Shown: positions 1 through 8,490 of the stretch, piece after piece
Position numbering within the stretch: position 1 is the first letter of the stretch
Layout of the letters: the number at the start of each line of letters is the position of its first letter
From: Candidatus Bipolaricaulia bacterium
Lineage (GTDB): Bacteria > Bipolaricaulota > Bipolaricaulia > RBG-16-55-9
Direction: 5' to 3'
Assembly: GCA_042219045.1 (NCBI GenBank)
Contig: JBDGQO010000060.1
Location: 2,253-12,431, forward strand
Length of the DNA: 10,179 nt
The notes under the pieces: generated by a model
Databases searched by the model: none
What the model was told of the DNA's origin: nothing
The model's input: only the letters and a program-made list of their open reading frames with translations
Position numbers and translations under genes: made by a program

Positions 1-14
1 TCTAAATTGAGGAA

Positions 15-1160
<1,146 letters not shown>

Positions 1161-1203
1161 CGGCTATCTCCTCCCGAGGAACGCTTCACGTCAGTCTCGC
1201 TTG

Positions 1204-1232
1204 ATTATAGGACGGATCTCGACAAGCGACAA
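1204..1232 (-). promoter_or_regulatory. Candidate sigma70 promoter for the ABC ATPase gene (TTGTCG-N17-TATAAT)
   Basis: The minus strand reads TTGTCG (1227-1232), a 17-nt spacer, then a perfect TATAAT (1204-1209), within the 141-bp gap between the galT-like gene and malK. Confidence 0.75.
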
Positions 1233-1301
1233 ATCGGCGGATATCCGCTCCATGGCGGTCATGAGCGACGCGCGCACGCCGACCGCGTAACGGACGATGG
1301 C

Positions 1302-2258
1302 TCAGGCGGCATCGTCGCTCATCCGGCGCCGGAGCTCGTCCGCCGCCCGCTCCGGAGGGACGGCGTTGGCGAACACGCTCGATCCCCACTCCAGGCCCGC
1401 CGGCGTGCCCAGCCGCGGCAGGATCTCCAGGTGCCAGTGGAAGCCCGCGTCGCCCCTTGAAGCCCCATTCAAGGGCGTCGTGTGCACGTAGTAGTTGTAG
1501 GCGAAGCGGCCTTCAAAGACCCCGTACAGCGCCGCGAGCGTGCGGGTCAGCACACGGGCGAGTGCCTCCAGGTCGGCGTCGTCGGTGGCGAGAAAGTCGG
1601 CCGTGTGCGCCCGCGGCAGGATCCAGCACTCGTAGGGGGCCATGGCGGCTTCCGGGGACCAGACGAGGAAGCGCTCGTCCGCCCAGACGACGCGCTCGTC
1701 GCGCGCGAGCTCGGCCTCGATCGTGTCGCAGTAGAGGCAGCCCCCCGTCGTCTCGCGGTGGCCCTCGGCCATCGCAAATTCGGACTCGATCGCGGGCGGC
1801 ACGAACGACAGGCCGATGAGCTGAGCGTGCAGATGCGCCCGCGAGGCGCCGGCGGCTCGGCCGACGTTCTTGAACAGCGCCGGATAGGCGACGCCCTCGG
1901 CCTCGGCGATGGCGCTCATGCGGTCGCGATACACGGCAAGAATCCGTTCGGCTTCGTTCGGGGACAGATCGGGCAAGTCGGCGTCGTGCTGCGGCGTTTC
2001 CACCAGCAGCTCGTGGGGCTCGACAATGGGGTACTTGTTCGGGATGACGCGGACCTGCCAGCCGGGCTCGTCGGCGCCGGAGTCGTCGCGAAGCGCCCAG
2101 ATCTCGGGCGGCGTCTCGCCCTCGTGGCCGGGGCAGAACGGGCATGCTCGGTCGGAGCGCTCCTCGTCGCGTCGCACCCAGTCGGAGGGGCGCTGGCCCC
2201 GTTTCTCCGAGACGATAACGCGGCGCGGCGAGAGGCGCCCCTGGCGGACCTCGGTCAC
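1302..2258 (-). CDS. galT: GalT-family (HIT-like) sugar-1-phosphate nucleotidyltransferase, resembling ADP-glucose phosphorylase, 318 aa
   Basis: N-terminal RxxRP, CPFCPG, W-x-VRVIPNKYP, HELLVETP-x-H, FKNxGxxAGAS-xx-HLHAQ (HxHxQ nucleophile motif), CLYC and HWHLEILPR. The GTG start overlaps the upstream kinase stop (GTGA, 2255-2258). The symbol is family-level and the substrate is not established. Confidence 0.88.
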   Translation of the reverse strand: MTEVRQGRLSPRRVIVSEKRGQRPSDWVRRDEERSDRACPFCPGHEGETPPEIWALRDDSGADEPGWQVRVIPNKYPIVEPHELLVETPQHDADLPDLSPNEAERILAVYRDRMSAIAEAEGVAYPALFKNVGRAAGASRAHLHAQLIGLSFVPPAIESEFAMAEGHRETTGGCLYCDTIEAELARDERVVWADERFLVWSPEAAMAPYECWILPRAHTADFLATDDADLEALARVLTRTLAALYGVFEGRFAYNYYVHTTPLNGASRGDAGFHWHLEILPRLGTPAGLEWGSSVFANAVPPERAADELRRRMSDDAA

Positions 2259-2893
2259 GACGGCGTCTCCACGCGCCCGAAGTCGGAGGCGATCACGGCG
2301 TCAGCTCGGGACTTGTGTTGGGAAATGATCCGGTGTTCGCGCTCCAGGACGTCCTGGATGAACGGCTCCAGCACGTCACGGGCCCGCTGTTCGCGGGTCG
2401 CTTTTGTCTGATGGTAGTCGCGGTCGATGAACACCCGGAAGTCCGCGAACTCGAGCAACGACGTGTATGTTCCCTCCGCGACCAGCGCGACCAGAGTCGA
2501 GGTGTCCTTCTCTTCCCGGGTAATGCGGTCGTCGTCGTAGACCACGAGCGGCTTGTAAATCGGGCTCTCGCTCCGCTTGAACGAGCGAAGGTTGGCGTCC
2601 ATGAAGTCGAGCTTGACCTCGTAGGGCCCGACTTGATCCAGGTTCTTCCGCCGCATTTCGTGGTTGGTTTGAGGGGGGAAGACGAAGTAGTCGTCCTGCT
2701 GGAGCATGTCCGTCGCGCGTCCGCGATCGGTCAGCTCACGGGCGATCTCGGCGGCCAGCTCGGACTTGCCGGAGCCGGACTCGCCGGCGACCGTGACGAC
2801 GAACGTGTCCGTCAATCGATCCTCGACGAGGTCGCAGACCTCCTGGGCGCGCTCGGTGTGGTGCTGCTCGATGACCAGTTTGTCGCCGATCAT
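2255..2893 (-). CDS. P-loop small-molecule kinase (uridine kinase/PRK/PanK superfamily); candidate sucrose or sugar kinase, 212 aa
   Basis: Walker A VAGESGSGKS, a DDYF motif after strand 2, LVAEG (Walker B-like), and D-x-RVFID followed by R-x-x-R-x-RD lid, all typical of the URK/PRK fold. SD GGGGAGGT at 2903-2910. Confidence 0.85.
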   Translation of the reverse strand: MIGDKLVIEQHHTERAQEVCDLVEDRLTDTFVVTVAGESGSGKSELAAEIARELTDRGRATDMLQQDDYFVFPPQTNHEMRRKNLDQVGPYEVKLDFMDANLRSFKRSESPIYKPLVVYDDDRITREEKDTSTLVALVAEGTYTSLLEFADFRVFIDRDYHQTKATREQRARDVLEPFIQDVLEREHRIISQHKSRADAVIASDFGRVETPS

Positions 2894-2953
2894 GTCTTAT
2901 CGACCTCCCCATTCCGGGTCTCGAGATCGGGCAAGGGTTATCCCGACACGACG

Positions 2954-4453
2954 TTATGGGTTCGTCAAATAGATCTCGGCCAGTTGCTCACGCGAGATGT
3001 CGGTCTCTGGGCCAGGGTCCGTGAAATAGTCGGGAATGGCCCGTCGATCGCTCGATGGCACGGCCGGCTCGGTCCGGATGTCATGGAGCACGCTGAGATA
3101 GCTCTCCGCCGTGCGCTCCCAAGTGTAGCGCCCGATGACGCGCTCGATGCCGGCGTCGCGGTAGCTCATCCAAGTGGCTTCGGATGCGAGAACGGCCAAT
3201 AGCCCCTCGGCAATCGCCGGGGGATCCTCCGGGTCGACGAGCTCGCCGAAGCGTCGATCGCCTTCGACCATGCTCTCCGATGGCCCGCCGTTCTGGGTGA
3301 CGACGGCGGGAAGTCCGCAGCTCATGGCCTCCAGCGGTGCCAACCCGAACGGCTCATACAGCGCCGTCAGGGCAAACACGGAGTGCCGTTCGCTGGCAGC
3401 GCGATAGGCGGCGGCCAGCTCGGCCTGGTTGTCCAACGGAAACGACGTGACGGCGTGCCAGAGGCCGTGTTCGTCCAACAGCTGCGCCATCTCGTCCAGA
3501 ATCGCCCGGCTCTCGCCTTCGTACTGCTCGCGCTCGCGCAGCGCGTTGTCCGTCCCGCGTGCCACGACGGCCAGGTTGGCCGTTCGTTGTAGTGTCTCGC
3601 TCGCCACAAACGCCCGAACCAGCCCGAGAATGTTCTTTTTGCGGTCCAGGCGGCTGGAGCACAGCACCAGCGGGAGCTCGCGGCGCTCGGGCGAGACGTC
3701 GCGTTGGAGCGCCTGCTGGATGCGGGCCCGGATCTCGGGGTCGGTCTCGGATGGGGCCTCGTGGAACAGCCGCCGATTGACGCCGGGCGGAACCACCGCA
3801 AATTTTCTCTCATCGGAGACGTCAAGGGCGCCCTGATAAGCGCGATGGCTGTACTGCTCTAAGCGTTCCTGCTGCGTGCTCGTGATCACCCGCGCCGCGC
3901 GGTTCATGGCGACGCGCTCGGCCATCAGGCGCCGCGCGAAGCGGAAGCGTTCGTCCATCTCCTCCAGATTGTCGCGATCCACGCCGAGCCGGTCCATCTT
4001 CTGCGCGCCCAGCGAGTGCCCCGTGAACGTGAACGGCGTGCCCGTGCGCTCCTCCAAGAGCGCACCCGTCAATCCGCCGTCGGCGTAGTGGGTCGTCACG
4101 GCTTCGGGCTCGTGGGCGTCGCGCTCGTAGAAGTCGAGGATGCCGTCGAGCCAGTCGGTGCCGAGATACGGCCAGAGTTCCTCCTTGGGGAGGAACCGAT
4201 CGTTCGGGCCACAGGGAATCCGCACGATGCGGACGCCCTCGTGGCCGGGATATCCGTCGATCTCGTCGGAAAACTCGGGCCAATCGGGATCGTCGAATCG
4301 GCGCGTGACGATGTCGACGGTGTGGCCCTGTCGTTCCATCGCCAGCGCGACTTCCTTGACGTAGACGAGCTGCCCCCCAAAATCGGGGTGCTCCATCCAG
4401 TAGGAATCGTTCGGGTCGAAGTTGCCCTGCGGATTGAGAAAGAGGACGTGCAT
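2954..4453 (-). CDS. spsA: Sucrose-phosphate synthase, GT4 glycosyltransferase domain only (H. orenii SpsA type), 499 aa
   Basis: From the ATG at 4453 the protein reads MHVLFLNPQGNFDPNDSYWMEHPDFGGQLVYVKEV, then FLPKEELWPYL, THYADGG, FTGHSLGAQK, SSRLDRKKN, EPFGLAPLEAM-x-x-GLPAVVT-x-NGGP and C-terminal IPDYFTDP. These blocks match my recollection of H. orenii SPS. The 47 extra N-terminal codons in the ORF track (from 4594) are Pro/Arg-rich, overlap the upstream gene and were discarded. There is no fused HAD phosphatase domain. Confidence 0.88.
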   Translation of the reverse strand: MHVLFLNPQGNFDPNDSYWMEHPDFGGQLVYVKEVALAMERQGHTVDIVTRRFDDPDWPEFSDEIDGYPGHEGVRIVRIPCGPNDRFLPKEELWPYLGTDWLDGILDFYERDAHEPEAVTTHYADGGLTGALLEERTGTPFTFTGHSLGAQKMDRLGVDRDNLEEMDERFRFARRLMAERVAMNRAARVITSTQQERLEQYSHRAYQGALDVSDERKFAVVPPGVNRRLFHEAPSETDPEIRARIQQALQRDVSPERRELPLVLCSSRLDRKKNILGLVRAFVASETLQRTANLAVVARGTDNALREREQYEGESRAILDEMAQLLDEHGLWHAVTSFPLDNQAELAAAYRAASERHSVFALTALYEPFGLAPLEAMSCGLPAVVTQNGGPSESMVEGDRRFGELVDPEDPPAIAEGLLAVLASEATWMSYRDAGIERVIGRYTWERTAESYLSVLHDIRTEPAVPSSDRRAIPDYFTDPGPETDISREQLAEIYLTNP

Positions 4454-4461
4454 GGCCCGTG

Positions 4462-4470
4462 ATGGTAGCA
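4462..4470 (-). promoter_or_regulatory. Candidate extended -10 promoter (TGcTACCAT) 8 nt upstream of the SPS start codon
   Basis: The minus strand reads TG-C-TACCAT-cacgggcc-ATG, and no Shine-Dalgarno sequence precedes this ATG. Confidence 0.4.
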
Positions 4471-4562
4471 CGAACGGTGGCCGGCTGCAGGGGCGCAATC
4501 GAGACGGCGGCATGGTCGGCCTATGGTCTGGGCCCGAATGGCGTGGCGTCAGCCGTGGCCGG

Positions 4563-5498
4563 TTAACCCTTGAGCGAGCCGGCCAGGATGCCACGCACGA
4601 AGTAGCGCTGCAGCGCGAAGAAGACGGCCAGCGGGATGACCATGGAGATGAACGCGGCCGAGGTCAACAGTTGCCAGTCCTGGCCAAAGGACCCGGACAA
4701 TTGGGCAATGACGAGCGTGACGGGCTGAGTCTTGGCCCCCCCGCCCAGGAAGATCAACGCCACGATGAGATCGTTCCAGACCCAGAGGAACTGGAAGATC
4801 GACAGCGAGGCGATCACGGGCACCGACAGCGGAATGACCAGCTTCCGGAATGCCGTCCAGTGGGAGGCCCCGTCGATATACGCCGACTCGAACAGTTCAC
4901 GCGGCAGCGCGGCAACAAAATTGCGCGACATGTAGACGAGCAACGGAAGCCCATAGCCCGAGTGGGCGATCCAGAGGCGCATGTAGCCGTAGATCGGTCC
5001 CTTATTTGCCTGGAGGCCCAGGTCGCCGAAGGCTTGCAGGAGCGGAATGAACGTGGTCTGCAAGGGCACGACGATGAGACCGACGATCACAAGCGTGATG
5101 ACGAAGCGGCCGCGGAAGTCCATCCAGGATAGCGCGTAGGACGCCAAGATGGCGGCAAACAAGGGAATGAGCGTCGCCGGGATGGTGATGATCAGGCTGT
5201 TGAGAAAGGCGTCGAACATCTCATGTTCGAACAGGGTCTCTTGGTAGTTCTGCAGGGTAAAGTTGGCGTCCAAGGGGTTGGCGAAGACCGTCCACCAGCC
5301 GGTGGTGGTCGCGGCGCCAGGTTCGCGGAACGAGGTCACAAAGAGGCCGATCGTCGGAATTAGCCAGATGAAGGCAATGACGAAGATGGTCAAGTGCAGC
5401 GGGGCCCGGCTCAGAAAATCTCGCAGCCAGGTGGGCATCCAGCTGCGGCGGCGCTGCGTCGGGCTCAAGCTGTCCAGACGGCCTGTCGACTGCGCCAT
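4563..5498 (-). CDS. Carbohydrate ABC permease (AglG/GgtD/MalG-like), 311 aa
   Basis: W-x-x-P-x-x-GLFVTSFR, GWW, NY, FLNSLIITIP, AYAL-like SYALSWMDFRGR, EAA-loop LPRELFESAYIDGAS, FQFLWVWNDL and LQRYFVRGILAGSLKG. TGATG translational coupling with the upstream permease, and GGAGGAGGT just upstream of the start. Confidence 0.94.
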   Translation of the reverse strand: MAQSTGRLDSLSPTQRRRSWMPTWLRDFLSRAPLHLTIFVIAFIWLIPTIGLFVTSFREPGAATTTGWWTVFANPLDANFTLQNYQETLFEHEMFDAFLNSLIITIPATLIPLFAAILASYALSWMDFRGRFVITLVIVGLIVVPLQTTFIPLLQAFGDLGLQANKGPIYGYMRLWIAHSGYGLPLLVYMSRNFVAALPRELFESAYIDGASHWTAFRKLVIPLSVPVIASLSIFQFLWVWNDLIVALIFLGGGAKTQPVTLVIAQLSGSFGQDWQLLTSAAFISMVIPLAVFFALQRYFVRGILAGSLKG

Positions 5499-7060
5499 CA
5501 GCGGACCTCCTCCTGCTCACGGAACTGCTTGACGTTGACCAGGATGATCGGGATGACCATGATCATGATCAGCATGGCGAAGACGGCGGCGAGGCCGCGG
5601 TTGAAGTTCTGGGTCTTTTCCACCATCAGGCTCGCGAGGACGTGCGTGCCGTAGTTGCCGCCGGTGGTGACCCAGACGAAGTCGAAGATCTTGAGAACAA
5701 AGACCAGAATGGCGGTCGTGACGACGGCGATGGTCGACTTCATGAACGGAATGGTGATGTACCAGAAGACCTGCCACTCGTTGGCGCCGTCAATGCGCGC
5801 AGCGTCCTTCATCTGGGGCGGGATGCCCTTGTAGGCCGCCGAGAGCACGACCATGGCAAACCCGGTCCAGATCCAGATGCCCTCAAAGATGATCACGATG
5901 TTGTTCCGGAGCCAGTTCCGGGTGGTGTACCACGGCGTCACCGAGAAGTCTTGGAGACTCAGCAGAAAGTCGACCAGGCCGAAGAAGACCAGACCGCCCA
6001 ACAACGCAGGGCCGATAAGGCGATCCTGGAAGGCGGCGTAAAAGAGGACGATGAGGCCGATGACCCAGAGGCCGTCTCCGATGTAGGCGACGACGACGCC
6101 CGCCCCAAGCTGATCGATCAGGAACGACACGCCCAAGGCCACCAGGCCGATGACGAGGCTGATGGCTTGGCTGGAGATGCGGTGCTCGTCGCTCCATTCG
6201 CGCGCGGCCGTCCAAGCTCGACGTGTCAACGCGACGAGCAACAATCCGAGCGTCAGGATTCCAAACACGAGCCACAGGCCGTTCAGGACGCCGCTGACGA
6301 ACGGTTGAGAGACGAAGTCCTGGATGCTCATCAACACGGCGTTGAGGACGCCGATCTGAGGAATGGAAGGGGGTTGGTACGCGTACACGAACTGCCAGAT
6401 GATGGAGGCGGCTGTGAACGAGACGGCCATCGGCATAAAGATGATCGACTTGGCGATCGACTCGTACTTGACGCGGTCGAGCAGAACGGCCAAGACGAGG
6501 CCGATGCCGACGGTGGCGGAGGTCATGAGCACGATCCACAGCGCCGTGTTACGGATGGCAATGATGCCTTGCTCGCTGGTGATTGCTTGAACGTAGTTCG
6601 CCAGCCCGACGAACGTCTTGCCCGACCCGTAGAAGTTCTCGAAGAGGCTCACGACGGCCGTCACCAAGGTCGGATAGACGAGGATGAACCCCAAGATAGC
6701 GATGGTCGGGGCCAAGTACAGCCAGTGCTCCCAACCGTAATGGAGCGCGGCCGCGAACATGGCGGCCCCGAAGGCCAGAGCGGACAGCGCCAGCCACGTG
6801 CCCTCGGCGAGGCCAATCGTCGTGGCAAACGCGGAAATAGCGGCTAATAGGCCGGTCACGGCCGAGAGGAGGAAGAGCCAGCGCTCCCCGTGGGGTTCGT
6901 TCAGCGCGACGAGACAGCCGCCCAGGACCCAGAGCAAGCCGGCGACGCCCCAACTCCATTGGACCCATTGGCCGGGGCCGGTAAAGAACTGAACGATCTG
7001 TGAGACGAGGACGATGAGAAGCGCCGCGGCGTAGAGGTAGCGTTGCCAGCCTTGTCCCAT
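5498..7060 (-). CDS. Carbohydrate ABC permease (AglF/GgtC/MalF-like) with extra transmembrane segments, 520 aa
   Basis: WLYLAP...YP, FVGLANY, KSIIFMPMAVSF, QIGVLNA, IWIWTGFAMVVLSAA, EAA-loop DAARIDGANEWQVFWYITIP and KIFDFV-x-VTTGGNYGT. SD AGGAG at 7066-7070. Confidence 0.93.
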   Translation of the reverse strand: MGQGWQRYLYAAALLIVLVSQIVQFFTGPGQWVQWSWGVAGLLWVLGGCLVALNEPHGERWLFLLSAVTGLLAAISAFATTIGLAEGTWLALSALAFGAAMFAAALHYGWEHWLYLAPTIAILGFILVYPTLVTAVVSLFENFYGSGKTFVGLANYVQAITSEQGIIAIRNTALWIVLMTSATVGIGLVLAVLLDRVKYESIAKSIIFMPMAVSFTAASIIWQFVYAYQPPSIPQIGVLNAVLMSIQDFVSQPFVSGVLNGLWLVFGILTLGLLLVALTRRAWTAAREWSDEHRISSQAISLVIGLVALGVSFLIDQLGAGVVVAYIGDGLWVIGLIVLFYAAFQDRLIGPALLGGLVFFGLVDFLLSLQDFSVTPWYTTRNWLRNNIVIIFEGIWIWTGFAMVVLSAAYKGIPPQMKDAARIDGANEWQVFWYITIPFMKSTIAVVTTAILVFVLKIFDFVWVTTGGNYGTHVLASLMVEKTQNFNRGLAAVFAMLIMIMVIPIILVNVKQFREQEEVR

Positions 7061-7130
7061 CGATGCTCCTATGTTTGCGAATAGTCCCTAACGATCGGCT
7101 GATAAACGGCCTGGTCGTTGAGCGTCAATG

Positions 7131-7167
7131 CGCAACCCGGAGCGGGATGCGCCCGCTCCGGGTTGCG
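7131..7167. terminator. Perfect 16-bp stem-loop after the binding-protein gene (mRNA stabiliser or partial terminator)
   Basis: CGCAACCCGGAGCGGG (7131-7146), loop ATGCG, CCCGCTCCGGGTTGCG (7152-7167). It starts 21 nt after the TAA stop and has no U-tract on the minus strand. Confidence 0.7.
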
Positions 7168-7188
7168 TCAGGAACCACCTTGATGCTG

Positions 7189-8490
7189 TTAGTCAGTGGC
7201 GTCTCCGCGGTTGTAAGCTTCGTCCGCGGCGTCCTCCAGCGCGCTCTGGATCTCGGGCACTGGCGTGCCTCGGAGGTAATCCAGAACGGCGGTCCAGTAC
7301 TGGTCCGAGCCCACGGCGGACGGCATGGAGTCCGAGGCGTCGAAGCGGGCGACCGGGGCCTCTTGGATGGCCTGGGCCGCGTTGCGGATGACGCTGTTCG
7401 GATAGACGTCCATGCTGACGTTGGTGTTGACGGCGATGCGGCCGGGATTCTGCCGGGCGAACATCGCCTGCGCCTCGGCGCTGGCCCAGAACTGGATGAG
7501 CTGGCGGATCCGGTCGTTGTCGTTGAAGGCGATGATGAAGTCGCCCGCGACCAACGCCGGCGCCGAGCCGCCGCCGACGCTCGGGAAGGTGAAGGCGTCG
7601 TAGTCCTCACCCAACGTTACGTCGAAGTTGCTCTGGATGATGCCGTTGGCGAAGCTGGCCATCTTGTACATCAGGCAGCGCGGCGGATCGGTGAACATGT
7701 TGCCGACCGCGGGGGCGCCGAAGCCGGTGTTGATGATGTTCTGCGTGCCGCCGAAGGCCATCTGATCGTTGGCGAAGTTGCCGAACAGGTGGAAGAGCTG
7801 GCCGACGCGCGGGTCGTTCCAGGAGACGTCGTGGTTGACCCAGGCGTCGTAGAAGTCGGCGCCGTTCACGCGCAGGGCGAGGTCCTCCATCCAGTCGGTG
7901 CCGGGCCAGCCGCTGGCGCCGCCGCTCTCCACGCCGATGCACCAGGGCATGTAGCCGTCGGCGACCATCTGACTCTGCAGCTGGAGCAGCTCGCCCAAGC
8001 TCTGCGGAATGCTGTAGCCTTCCTCTTCGAAGACCGGCTTGTTGTACCAGACGAGGCTCTTGTAGCTGGCGCCCGGCACGACGCCGAAGAGCGTGCCGTT
8101 GTACGTGCCGGCCTCGAGGAAGCTGTCCAAGGTGTTGTCAGCGACGTCGGTCTCGCGGAACCACTCGAGGCTGGCGAGGTCCTCCTCGAACTGGGCAAAC
8201 AGACCGGGGTTCGGCACGTTCGCCAGGTCCGGCGGGTTGCCGCCGGCGACGCGGCTGCCGAGCACGCCGGCCATGTCACGGCCAATCTGCTGGACCTGGA
8301 CCTGGATGCCGGTCTGATCCTCGAACTTGCTGATGACGGCCTTGAAGGCCTCGAGCTCGTTGGACTGGAAGCTGGTCGCGAAGGTGATCGGCCCGTCCTG
8401 GGCTTGGGCCGCGTTGGAGCCGGTCAGCGAGAACATCGCCGCAACGGCAAACGCCGCGATCACGGCAAACGATAGGCTGCGCTTCAGCAT
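7189..8490 (-). CDS. Alpha-glucoside ABC transporter substrate-binding protein (AglE/GgtB family), 433 aa
   Basis: Sec signal peptide MLKR-hydrophobic-AQA|Q with no lipobox. Family motifs GNPPDLA-x-x-P-x-PG, KSLVWYN, WCIGVESGGASGWPGTDWMED and RFDASDSMP. SD AAGGAGG at 8501-8507. Confidence 0.92.
   Translation of the reverse strand: MLKRSLSFAVIAAFAVAAMFSLTGSNAAQAQDGPITFATSFQSNELEAFKAVISKFEDQTGIQVQVQQIGRDMAGVLGSRVAGGNPPDLANVPNPGLFAQFEEDLASLEWFRETDVADNTLDSFLEAGTYNGTLFGVVPGASYKSLVWYNKPVFEEEGYSIPQSLGELLQLQSQMVADGYMPWCIGVESGGASGWPGTDWMEDLALRVNGADFYDAWVNHDVSWNDPRVGQLFHLFGNFANDQMAFGGTQNIINTGFGAPAVGNMFTDPPRCLMYKMASFANGIIQSNFDVTLGEDYDAFTFPSVGGGSAPALVAGDFIIAFNDNDRIRQLIQFWASAEAQAMFARQNPGRIAVNTNVSMDVYPNSVIRNAAQAIQEAPVARFDASDSMPSAVGSDQYWTAVLDYLRGTPVPEIQSALEDAADEAYNRGDATD

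Noticed and set aside
2894..2953. Small inverted repeat TCGGG...CCCGA between SPS and the kinase
   Set aside because: Only a 5-bp stem in GC-rich sequence, which is expected by chance.
4454..4594. N-terminal 47 codons of the 546-aa ORF
   Set aside because: Pro/Arg-rich, overlaps the permease 3' end, and SPS similarity starts at MHVLFLNPQGNF (4453).
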